A stretch of 35,734 bases of DNA, taken from IMG/VR virus record IMGVR_UViG_3300043184_000065. The stretch is one strand, 5' to 3'. A model generated the notes under the pieces. It searched no databases. It saw nothing but the letters and a program-made list of their open reading frames with translations, and was not told the DNA's origin. Shown one piece after another: positions 14,487 to 22,440 of the stretch. The stretch is from a virus. The position numbers were made by a program, and so were the translations under genes. Position 1 is the stretch's first letter. Each line of letters starts with the position of its first letter.

Positions 14487-14762
14487 ATGCCCACCTCGCC
14501 CGTGCTGCTGGCCCTGCTGGCCGACGCTGTCGCCCTGCTCGGCGGCCCGCCGCAGGCCGCCCAGGCGCTGGGCGTCAACGAACGCTCGGTGCGCTACTGG
14601 CTCAGCGGCGCCAAGACGCCCCAGCCAGGGGTTTGGGCCGATCTGGAACGCGCGCTCGAAGATCATGCGCTGCGCTGCCAGCAGATCAAGCGGCTGATCC
14701 GCACCGCCCGCACACACACCTCTCGAACACAGCCGGAAAGCCCCCGCCATGGCCCGCGTTGA
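14487..14762 (+). CDS. Small HTH protein immediately upstream of int (possible excisionase/RDF or regulator, 91 aa)
   Basis: MPTSPVLLALLADAVALLGGPPQAAQALGVNERSVRYWLSGAKTP. It overlaps the int start by 14 nt. Confidence 0.5.
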   Translation: MPTSPVLLALLADAVALLGGPPQAAQALGVNERSVRYWLSGAKTPQPGVWADLERALEDHALRCQQIKRLIRTARTHTSRTQPESPRHGPR

Positions 14763-16077
14763 CATCCCCTATCTGGTCACCAAGCGCAACGGCAACGGCG
14801 CGCTGCGCCACTACTGGCAGCCCTCGGCGGCGCTGCGCCGGGCCGGCTACAAGCCCCAGCGGCTGGCGGACGATCCGCTGCAGGCCGCCATCGCCGCGCA
14901 GGCCATCAACGATGCCCTCGCCAGGGCGCGCGTTGACGCAACGACAACGGCGGCGGCCGCAACGTTTGGGGCGCCGGCCGCAACGCCCCGGCGCATGGCG
15001 ACGCTCGATGCGCTGATTGCCGCCTACCAGGCATCCAGCAGCTGGAGCCACACCCGCAACGGCGCGCCCCGGCCGGCCAGCACCCAGCGCTGGTATGCCA
15101 CCAAGCTGCGGGTGCTGTCGCGCTGGGCCGGCGATACGCCGCTGGATGCCATTGGCCGGGCCGATGTCGCCACGCTGTTCGAGGCGCTGGCCCGGCCGCG
15201 AACCGCCGGTGGCCCGCGCGCGCTGGCCGAAGCCGGCAGCGTGCTGCGGGTCGGGCGCCTGCTGTTCGAATGGGCCTGTGCGCGCGACTGGATCAGCGCC
15301 AATCCGTTCGCCAAGCCGGGCACGCCCCAGGCGGCCGCGCGCCAGGCGCTGTGGAGCCCGGAGGCGATCGACGCCGTGCTGGCGGCCGCCTACCGGCTGG
15401 ATCGCCCGTCGGTGGCGCTGGCGGTGCAGCTGGCACTATGGCTGCTGCAGCGCGAGGGCGACCTGCTCAGCTTCACCTGGAGCCAGATGACCGAGACGGT
15501 GGTGCGCGCCCGCGACGGCCACGAACAGGTGCAGTGGCGCATCCGCTTGCGCCAGAGCAAGACCGGCGCCTGGGTCGACACCCGCCTGCCGGCCGAGCTG
15601 GAAGCCGAGCTGCTGGCACTGCGGCCGCGCACGGCGGCCGAGCGGCTGGCCCGCCCGCACATCCTGGTCAACGAGGCATCCGGCCAGCGCTACACCGGCG
15701 ATGCCTTCCGCCGCCTGTTCCTGGACTGCAGGCAGGCCGCCGTCGCCGGCCACGCCGGCGGCCCGGTGCGGCCCGGTGGCCCCAGCTGGCCGGCACACCC
15801 GCCGTGCCCAGCGGTGGCCGATCTGTGGTTTGCTGACCTGCGGCGCACCGGCATCGTCCGGCTCGCCGAAGCCGGTGTCGACCTGCCCGGCATCACCGCG
15901 CTCAGCGGTCACCAGATCGAACGCACACGGCAGATTCTGGAGGTCTACCTGCCCCGCACCAGCGCCATGGCCGACGCGGCGATCACCCAAATGGAGGCCC
16001 ACCGCCGCGCCCAGACCGCCGCCCAGACGGTCCTCGAAACCAGGGCCCGTTTGACGTCAAACGACACCAGCGTCTGA
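14749..16077 (+). CDS. int: Tyrosine recombinase / phage integrase
   Basis: 442 aa. Catalytic signature in order: LLQREGDL (Arg I), LRQSKTGAWV (Lys), FADLRRTG (Arg II), LSGHQ (His), EVYLPRT (Tyr). The tRNA-fragment attP lies 37 nt downstream. Confidence 0.9.
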   Translation: MARVDIPYLVTKRNGNGALRHYWQPSAALRRAGYKPQRLADDPLQAAIAAQAINDALARARVDATTTAAAATFGAPAATPRRMATLDALIAAYQASSSWSHTRNGAPRPASTQRWYATKLRVLSRWAGDTPLDAIGRADVATLFEALARPRTAGGPRALAEAGSVLRVGRLLFEWACARDWISANPFAKPGTPQAAARQALWSPEAIDAVLAAAYRLDRPSVALAVQLALWLLQREGDLLSFTWSQMTETVVRARDGHEQVQWRIRLRQSKTGAWVDTRLPAELEAELLALRPRTAAERLARPHILVNEASGQRYTGDAFRRLFLDCRQAAVAGHAGGPVRPGGPSWPAHPPCPAVADLWFADLRRTGIVRLAEAGVDLPGITALSGHQIERTRQILEVYLPRTSAMADAAITQMEAHRRAQTAAQTVLETRARLTSNDTSV

Positions 16078-16113
16078 CGCCACCACCCACAATCCGCTAA
16101 GTCATTGAAATTA

Positions 16114-16158
16114 TGGTGGACCCTGATGGACTCGAACCATCGACCTAGTGATTAAGAG
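16114..16158 (-). tRNA. Partial tRNA-Lys(CUU): anticodon loop to CCA end only; probable attP core
   Basis: Minus strand reads CTCTTAA-TCACT-AGGTC-GATGG-TTCGAGT-CCATC-AGGGTCC-A-CCA (loop, stem 3', variable loop, T arm, acceptor 3', CCA). The sequence 5' of the loop (AAGAA) cannot pair with TCACT, and there is no 5' acceptor GGACCCT. Confidence 0.65.
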
Positions 16159-16198
16159 TTCTTTTAGCTCTAGCAATATCAAGGACTTACACGCGCCA

Positions 16199-16240
16199 GA
16201 CGTCCAACTCTTGGGCCAATTCCGGCCCCTGTTGGACGTC
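16199..16240. repeat. Composite inverted repeat GACGTCCAAC-N22-GTTGGACGTC with inner GGGCC-N6-GGCCC hairpin, just downstream of the last late gene and inside the attP arm
   Basis: Outer arms 16199-16208 and 16231-16240. Inner arms 16213-16217 and 16224-16228. No U-tract follows on the minus strand. Confidence 0.8.
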
Positions 16241-16245
16241 GCGGA

Positions 16246-16536
16246 TCACGGCACCGGCGCCGCCGGCGGCCGTGAGCGCGCCTTCCACGCCCGCGTCGCG
16301 TCGACCACCGCCCGGCAGTCCGCACCGGCCGCGCGCACCGCTTCCGCCCAGCGCGCCGCGTCGGCGTCCAGCAGGGACTCGGCCGCTGGCGCGGGCGGCT
16401 CGGCGGCGCAGACGGTGAGCGCGTCAGGGAGTTCCGGCCACCCGGGGACTGGCCTGCTGGACGGCCCGCACGCGGTCAAGATAAGCGCGCCACACAGCGC
16501 TGGCAGGCTGAGCGCCGGCCTGACGTTCCGCATCAT
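16246..16536 (-). CDS. o-spanin (Rz1-like outer-membrane lipoprotein)
   Basis: Strong SD GAGGGAGGTG. Sequence MMRNVRPALSLPALCGALILTAC with lipobox LTAC. Pro-rich, 96 aa. Its 5' 113 nt overlap the i-spanin gene in another frame. Confidence 0.8.
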   Translation of the reverse strand: MMRNVRPALSLPALCGALILTACGPSSRPVPGWPELPDALTVCAAEPPAPAAESLLDADAARWAEAVRAAGADCRAVVDATRAWKARSRPPAAPVP

Positions 16537-16846
16537 GGATCACCTCCCTCAAGCTACTGCTGTCGGCCGCCAGCGCCCGGCGGGCCTCGGCGCTGGCCAC
16601 GATGGTGGCCACATCGATCGCGTGCTGGCGCTCGGCCGCCACCAGCTGGGCGCGCGCGGTGTCGCGCTCGCGCGTCGCCGCGATGGCTGCACGCTCGGAC
16701 GCAGAGGCCCGCTCAGCAGCGCGGTCCAGCCGCCACGTTTGAAACCCCGCAAACGCCAAAATCGCGCCTGCCGCCAGCCACGGGGCAGCACGGCCCCATC
16801 CGGATGCCAGCACGCCGGCGGCGCGCGCCACGACCCAGCCCGTCAT
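16424..16846 (-). CDS. i-spanin (Rz-like)
   Basis: ATG 16846 overlaps the upstream stop (ATGA). N-terminal TM AAPWLAAGAILAFAGFQTW, then a charged coiled-coil region ERASASERAAIAATRERDTARAQLVAAERQ. Confidence 0.75.
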   Translation of the reverse strand: MTGWVVARAAGVLASGWGRAAPWLAAGAILAFAGFQTWRLDRAAERASASERAAIAATRERDTARAQLVAAERQHAIDVATIVASAEARRALAADSSSLREVIHDAERQAGAQPASAVWRAYLDRVRAVQQASPRVAGTP

Positions 16847-17148
16847 GGCTGTGGCGCCCGGGCGGCCAGCAGCTGATCCTTGTCGCGCGCGCCCGCCGAC
16901 GAGCCGAACCACCACTGCACGGCCGCACCCGCCAGCGTCGACCAGCTGCCGACGATCGAGCCCACCAGCAGGGCGGCACTTTCGGGCAGGATGTTGCGCG
17001 CCAGCAGCCACAGCGAGGCGCCGGACAGGGCAGCCGCAATCAGCAGCAGCGCCACGGTCAGGCCGCCGTGCCAGCCCTTGGGCGCCGCGCGGGGCGGCGG
17101 TGGCAGGGCATCGAACGGCTTGAGGTCAAGCGGGCGATCGTCGGTCAC
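16843..17148 (-). CDS. Two-TM membrane protein, putative holin (101 aa)
   Basis: GTG 17148 overlaps the endolysin stop (GTGA). TM1 is GGLTVALLLIAAALSGASLWLLA and TM2 is AALLVGSIVGSWSTLAGAAVQWWF. Confidence 0.55.
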   Translation of the reverse strand: MTDDRPLDLKPFDALPPPPRAAPKGWHGGLTVALLLIAAALSGASLWLLARNILPESAALLVGSIVGSWSTLAGAAVQWWFGSSAGARDKDQLLAARAPQP

Positions 17149-17582
17149 TGCGGGTCCTTTCCGGTTTCGATCATGGCAATGATGCGCTGCGCGCGGGCGG
17201 GCGTCTGGCGCGCCCACAGCCAGCCGCGCAGGCGGCGCGCCGCCGTCGCCCAGTCCTTGGCGATCAGCGCCTGCACGGTCAGGCCGCCGCGCTGGAACTC
17301 GCGCGGGCCCAGCTGGAACACCATGTTGGCAATCGCGCGGGCGCGCACCGGATCATCCTTCACTGCCTGCCACACCGGCAGCGGCTCCAGCGCCGCCAGC
17401 TTGCGCGCAATGTCATTGTCCAGCAGCAGCGCGATTTCGTCGTCGCTCAGGCCGCCGCCCTTGCGCCGGTCGATCAGCCGGCCGACGCCGATCGTCCAGT
17501 AGCCCAGGCTGTCCTGGTAGGCATGGGGCACCACGCCCTCATCGCGGATCAGGTCGCGGCGCAGCTGGTCGCGGTCGAGCAT
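17145..17582 (-). CDS. Endolysin, T4 E-type lysozyme (GH24 muramidase)
   Basis: LIRDEGVVPHAYQDSLGYWTIGVGRL...ANMVFQLG...WARQTPARAQRIIAMIETG is collinear with T4 lysozyme (catalytic Glu, Asp, Thr). AAGGAGA SD. Confidence 0.9.
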   Translation of the reverse strand: MLDRDQLRRDLIRDEGVVPHAYQDSLGYWTIGVGRLIDRRKGGGLSDDEIALLLDNDIARKLAALEPLPVWQAVKDDPVRARAIANMVFQLGPREFQRGGLTVQALIAKDWATAARRLRGWLWARQTPARAQRIIAMIETGKDPQ

Positions 17583-17583
17583 G

Positions 17584-17832
17584 TCAGTCTCCTTTGAGCA
17601 GGCCGAACAGGTCGGTCACCAGGCCGATCAGGAACGCCATTACCGCCGACACCAGGATCAGCACCCGGAAGCCGCCGCGCGCCGCCGCCATCAGCTGCGT
17701 GAGCTCGGCGATCTGGGCGCGCATCTGCGCGGCATCCCGGCGCAGGTCGACAATCGCCTGGTCGACGGCTTCCAGCTTGTTCTCGATCACCTTGATGGCG
17801 GCCAGCAGCTCGGCGTGATTGGGCGGGGTCAT
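17584..17832 (-). CDS. Coiled-coil protein with a C-terminal TM, putative holin/antiholin (82 aa)
   Basis: GAGGAGGA SD 7 nt before ATG 17832. N-terminal heptad-like AELLAAIKVIENKLEAVDQAIVDLRRDAAQMRAQIAEL, then TM FRVLILVSAVMAFLIGLVTDLFGLL. Confidence 0.5.
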   Translation of the reverse strand: MTPPNHAELLAAIKVIENKLEAVDQAIVDLRRDAAQMRAQIAELTQLMAAARGGFRVLILVSAVMAFLIGLVTDLFGLLKGD

Positions 17833-17845
17833 GCGATCGTCCTCC

Positions 17846-19960
17846 TCAGGTCACCCGCACCTGGGCGCCGACGTAATAGGGCAGCCCGCTGCCGCCATCG
17901 TTGGCAACGATCCGCACCGTCTGCGCGCTGCCGGTGCCGTTGGTCCAGCTCAGCGCCGGCACATAGCCCGTCCCGAAGCCGGCAATGCGCTGCACTGCGC
18001 CTGCGTCGATGGCGAACAGGTTGGCAGCGGAGCGCGCGCCGGTGGTCGCGTTGACGCTGTGGCGTTCGATGTCTTCGAGCCACAGCGTGGCGCCGTTGGG
18101 CACGTCCACGCTGGTCAGCACCACGTCCCCTGCACCGGCGCCGCGATAGACCAGCGGGCGGCCGCGCGCGCGCGCCAGCGCCACACGCCACGGCATCAGT
18201 CGCCCGTCGACATCGAACGTGATGCCGACCAGCTGGGAGTCTGCCACCATGCCGTCCGAGCTGGTGCCCGTGTTCGACAGCGCGAAGCTAGTGGCTAGCA
18301 GCAGGCTGTCATGGCCGCCCGGCTTGATGTATTCCACCGCCTTGGTCGACAGGAACGCGTTGGCGCTGATCTCCATGGCAAAGCGCATGTTCTGGGCGAA
18401 GCCGGTCGACGTCTTGCGCAGCAGGATGTCGCGGTCGTTGAACAGGAACTTGTTGCCGATGATCAGCTTTGGCGCGCTGCTGTTCGGGTTGGCCTCGGCG
18501 ATTTCGATGTACAGGCCGGCCGCGTTGGCGGTGGCGCTGGGGTAATTCGCCTGCTTGAGGTTTTCGATTTCGCAGCCCATCACCACCAGAATGGTTTCCT
18601 CATGGACATGCAGGCCCATGGCGGACTCCGACAGGGTCGATCCGATCACCCGCAGCGACCCGCCCGGATAATCCCAGAACACGCAGCCCTGCCGCTGGAA
18701 CAGCATGGTCGAGTCCAGAATGTTGGTCTGCCCGCCGTTGTCGGCCGCGCCGGCCTTGGTGGCGTGAAGCCCCCAGTTGCAGTCCATGAACACGCAGCTG
18801 CGGATCGTGTTGATGTAGGCGATGCCCTGCGCGTCGACGGCGCGGTCGAAGAACCGCACACAGACACGGTCCAGGTCGATGTGGCGGAAGTGGACATTGC
18901 CCGGCGGGGTGGTGCCGGCCGCCAGACTCATGTCGAACCGGATCGCCGCGCCTGTCAACTCCGCCGCCGGCGCCAGCTGATGGCCGCTGCCCAGCAGCTT
19001 CAGGTCGGTGAAGGTCACGCCGAACGCGCCGATCTGGCCGGCGTAGTAGGCCATGGCTGCACCGCCCGGAATCACGCTGAACAGCACGGTCGACGGGGTC
19101 GTCATGCGCACGGTGAAGTCCGCGTCATCCACCTGTGGCGCCGGCGGCGCCGAGATCAGCGCAGGATTGGCCCGGCTGGTGCCCCGGATCGTCACCGGCT
19201 TGCGCACCTGCAGGGGGGCACTGACCAGATGGCCGCGCCCCGCCTGCACGCAGCCGCCGGCCGGGCAGGCATCGAGCGCGCGCTGCCACGCCGCCGTGTC
19301 GTCGGCATCGATCGCCAGCCGATAGTCGACCACATAGGTGGCGCCGCGCGTCAGGGCGTCGGCCAGCGTGCGCGCCGCCGCCGTGGGCGCACCGGGCGCC
19401 AGATAGGCAATCAGCGCAGCGCCCAGGGCGGCCGTCGCCAGGTCCGAGCGCAGTGCGCTGTCAGCGCCCGCTGTGCCGGTCAGCGCCACCGGCGCACCCG
19501 CGCCATCAAAGCCCAGAAACCGCCCGGCCCGCGCACTCGCCGGCGGCAGGGTCGCGCCCAGCGCCGGGTCCGTTTCCGGCAGCAGCAGCGCGCGGCTCAC
19601 ATCATCGTCGACTTCCTGGGCGATCTGGGTCAGCCGATCGAGCGCATCTTCGTGGGTCTGCGCCGGGAACGGATCGTTGGGCACATAGTCGACGGATTGA
19701 GTCCGTGCGGTCTGCCGCCGGATCGACACCGTCGACCCCGCCGCCGGCGCCGTCCCGAACACCACCGTGCCGCCGGGCGTGGCCACCGCGCGCGACACCG
19801 TGTAGTCGACGTTCAGCGTCTGCAGCGTCTCGGCGCCCGCCGCGCTGCGCACCACCACCCGCAGGGCCGCGTCGTCAGCGAACCCGAACGGCACGGCGAA
19901 ACTCCGCGCACTGCCGTCGCCGGCATAGGCGATGCGCCGGGCGAGCGTTGTCACTGTCAT
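17846..19960 (-). CDS. Tailspike / tail fibre: T7 gp17-like N-terminal adaptor domain plus pectate-lyase-like right-handed beta-helix
   Basis: 704 aa. N-terminus IAYAGDGSARSFAVPFGFADDAALRVVV...VDYTV...VSIRRQTARTQSVDY matches the gp17 N-domain pattern. IDADDTAAWQRALDACPAGGCVQAGRGHLVSAPLQVRKPVTIRG is a typical beta-helix depolymerase start. Confidence 0.8.
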   Translation of the reverse strand: MTVTTLARRIAYAGDGSARSFAVPFGFADDAALRVVVRSAAGAETLQTLNVDYTVSRAVATPGGTVVFGTAPAAGSTVSIRRQTARTQSVDYVPNDPFPAQTHEDALDRLTQIAQEVDDDVSRALLLPETDPALGATLPPASARAGRFLGFDGAGAPVALTGTAGADSALRSDLATAALGAALIAYLAPGAPTAAARTLADALTRGATYVVDYRLAIDADDTAAWQRALDACPAGGCVQAGRGHLVSAPLQVRKPVTIRGTSRANPALISAPPAPQVDDADFTVRMTTPSTVLFSVIPGGAAMAYYAGQIGAFGVTFTDLKLLGSGHQLAPAAELTGAAIRFDMSLAAGTTPPGNVHFRHIDLDRVCVRFFDRAVDAQGIAYINTIRSCVFMDCNWGLHATKAGAADNGGQTNILDSTMLFQRQGCVFWDYPGGSLRVIGSTLSESAMGLHVHEETILVVMGCEIENLKQANYPSATANAAGLYIEIAEANPNSSAPKLIIGNKFLFNDRDILLRKTSTGFAQNMRFAMEISANAFLSTKAVEYIKPGGHDSLLLATSFALSNTGTSSDGMVADSQLVGITFDVDGRLMPWRVALARARGRPLVYRGAGAGDVVLTSVDVPNGATLWLEDIERHSVNATTGARSAANLFAIDAGAVQRIAGFGTGYVPALSWTNGTGSAQTVRIVANDGGSGLPYYVGAQVRVT

Positions 19961-22440
19961 GGCCGGTCCTCCAGGGCATTGTCGTAGTCAGGCGCCCGCG
20001 CGGGCGTCATCTCGCCGGGCCGCCACCAGAAGCCTTGGCCCATGTCGGCGCGCGCGCGCCGTTCCATCCGCCGCCAGTGCTGGTCATGCTCCGGGTCGAC
20101 CCAGCGCTGCAGGGTGTTGAACAGCAGCCGGTCAAAGGCGAGCCGCGCGTACCACAGCGAGGCGCCGGGCCAGTTCGCCTGCACCAGCTTGACGATCTCG
20201 CGGCCGGCGTTGGTCTCTTCCTCGCTCGCCCACTGCTGGAGGTTGCCCACCGTCGCCTTGCCGAGTTCGAAGGTCGTTCCAGCGATCGGGCCGGCCAGCG
20301 TCGAGGCCATGCCGCCGCCGTAGCGGTTCTGTTCGGCGAACAGGAAGTCGCCGAACAGGCCCAGCCCGCCGGACTGCAGCAGCGCCGCGTTCCAGAACAG
20401 CGGGTCATCCATCGGCCGAGGATCCCTGCCCAAAGCGATCTGGCGCATCTGGATCGCCAGCGCGCCCAGCACCGTGGTCGACACGATCACGGCCGCTGCA
20501 TAGTGCGCCCGGCTCACCGCACCTTGGCCCAGCACCATGCGGCGCAGGTGCGTCATGATGATGGTCACCGGGAAGCCCTTGAACTGCATCACCGAACGCA
20601 CGATCTCGCCCATCCAGGTGCCCGCCTGGGTGTTGGCGGTGGTCACCGCGCGGGCGGCCAGCGTCGACTCCGGCACGGCGAAGCGGGTCTCCACCGTGAT
20701 CATCTCCAGCAGGTTGAGTGCCAGGTCCTCGGCCACGCCCGGCGCCAGGTCGGTGCGGTCGGCCAGCTCGTCGGGCCGCAGCAGCCGCGCGCCGCGATGC
20801 TCATACAGCGGCGTGGCGCGGATCAGGTCCCAGCGCTCCGCGCCGATCCCGTAGCGCTCCAGCATGCGGCGCAGCCCGGCATCGAGCCCGTCGAGCGGCT
20901 GGTCCGCCACCCGCGCCAGGCTGGCCAGCACCTCCAGCCCGAACGCATGCTTGCCGGCCTGCGTCCAGGCCGACAGCAGGCTGGCCCGCAGCACCCAGTC
21001 GGCCGTACGGCGCAGCAGCTCCGGCGTGTTGGCCTGGTCCTCGTAGCGCCACAGCGCACCCATGCGCGACGCCGCTTCATCGAAGCCAAGCCCCGCCTGC
21101 ACCGCCAACCGCCGGTCGGCATCGTCCAGCGGATTGAACTGGCGCAGCAGGTCGCGCGCCATGGTCATCACCGGCAGCCCGTTCCACAGCCGGGTCGAGC
21201 CGGCAAAGCCCAGATCGGTCACCGCCGACAGCGTTGCTGAGCCCAGCTTGCTCGCCACCTGCACGCTGCGCGCACCCGCGAAGAACCGCCCCAGCTTGGC
21301 ACTCACCGGCCGGTTGATCTCGCCGGTGAACACCCGCCAGCGGCTCTGCAGCGCGGCAGCCGCCCCTTGCGCCCGGTCGCGGGCCCGCTCGAAGGTTTTG
21401 GCGTCGGTGTCCGCCAGCGCCGCGCGCTGCTGCAGCTCGTCGCCCAGCCAGCGCAGCGTCGCTGCCGGATTGGGGCCCAGCACCTCGATCGCCGCCAAGT
21501 CGCGCGCCATCTGGTCGATGTGGCCGAGCATGGCGTCCAGCACGCTGCCCTCGCCGAACGCGCGCTGGTAGGCCAGCCAGCTGTCGGCATCCTTGAACAC
21601 CAGGAAGCGGTGGTCCATGTGCCGGCTGGCCAGCTTGGGCAGCCCGGCGCCGCCCGCTGTCCGGCTGTCCCAGCCCTGGGTGCGGATCGCCTCCCACACA
21701 CCGCGCAGCGCCAGCTCCAGTCGCGGCGGGCTGATCGCCCGGCCGGTCACCTCGTCGATCATGCGCTCGGGCGCCAGCAGCGGCAGGATCGCATCGCGCC
21801 AGGCGCGGAACCCGGCCTGGCGCACCTTCAGGCTGTCATGCACCTGCGGCAGGCCCCAGTCGGCCCGCTTGGCGATGCTGCCGCCGGCGGCGTTGTAGCG
21901 CTGGCGCAGGGTTTCAGCGGTCGCGGTCCAGGCTTCCGCCAGCTCGCGCGCCGACGCATCACCCGTCGCCTCGTGAAAGGCTTCGCGCACGATGGCATCG
22001 AACTGCGCTTCGGGCTTCAGCCGGCCCAGCAGGTCGCGCTGGCGCAGGCGCAGCAGCGCTTCCATGCGGCTGTGCGCGCGCAGGCTGTGCGCCCGGTAGC
22101 GCGCCCACACCGAGCGCACGCCCTTGACGCCTTCTTCCGCATCCAGATAGGCCAGCGCCACCCGGTCGGTGCGCGCGCCCGCCTGCTCGGCCTGCACCAG
22201 CCGCGCGCGGATGCCCTGCTGCGCCTTTATCTGCAGCAGCGCCTGGCGCTCCTTCAGCGCGATCTCCGCCGCCATCACCTTGAGCACTTCGTCGGACACC
22301 ATGGCATCGGCCGCCTGGTCGCCGAACTGGCGGCGGTACACCGGCTCCAGGTCGTCGAACAGCGTGCGATACTGGGCGGCGCGCGCCGGATCGAGCACGC
22401 CCTTGGCCCGAAGGTCGTCAAGGCAGCGCTTGAGGCTCAC
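19957..22440 (-). CDS. Large internal virion (ejection) protein in the gp16 position, with C-terminal hydrophobic segments
   Basis: GTG 22440 overlaps the upstream stop (GTGA) with GGGAG 8 nt upstream (track start GTG 22449). About 827 aa, largely helical. Hydrophobic segments: YAAAVIVSTTVLGALAIQM and NAALLQSGGLGLFGDFLFA. Confidence 0.65.
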   Translation of the reverse strand: MSLKRCLDDLRAKGVLDPARAAQYRTLFDDLEPVYRRQFGDQAADAMVSDEVLKVMAAEIALKERQALLQIKAQQGIRARLVQAEQAGARTDRVALAYLDAEEGVKGVRSVWARYRAHSLRAHSRMEALLRLRQRDLLGRLKPEAQFDAIVREAFHEATGDASARELAEAWTATAETLRQRYNAAGGSIAKRADWGLPQVHDSLKVRQAGFRAWRDAILPLLAPERMIDEVTGRAISPPRLELALRGVWEAIRTQGWDSRTAGGAGLPKLASRHMDHRFLVFKDADSWLAYQRAFGEGSVLDAMLGHIDQMARDLAAIEVLGPNPAATLRWLGDELQQRAALADTDAKTFERARDRAQGAAAALQSRWRVFTGEINRPVSAKLGRFFAGARSVQVASKLGSATLSAVTDLGFAGSTRLWNGLPVMTMARDLLRQFNPLDDADRRLAVQAGLGFDEAASRMGALWRYEDQANTPELLRRTADWVLRASLLSAWTQAGKHAFGLEVLASLARVADQPLDGLDAGLRRMLERYGIGAERWDLIRATPLYEHRGARLLRPDELADRTDLAPGVAEDLALNLLEMITVETRFAVPESTLAARAVTTANTQAGTWMGEIVRSVMQFKGFPVTIIMTHLRRMVLGQGAVSRAHYAAAVIVSTTVLGALAIQMRQIALGRDPRPMDDPLFWNAALLQSGGLGLFGDFLFAEQNRYGGGMASTLAGPIAGTTFELGKATVGNLQQWASEEETNAGREIVKLVQANWPGASLWYARLAFDRLLFNTLQRWVDPEHDQHWRRMERRARADMGQGFWWRPGEMTPARAPDYDNALEDRP

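Noticed and set aside
16114-16190. A complete tRNA gene next to the integrase
   Set aside because: Only positions 32-76 of a tRNA-Lys can be modelled. The upstream sequence (…GCTAGAGCTAAAAGAA) cannot form the anticodon-stem 5' strand, the D arm spacing or the acceptor 5' strand.
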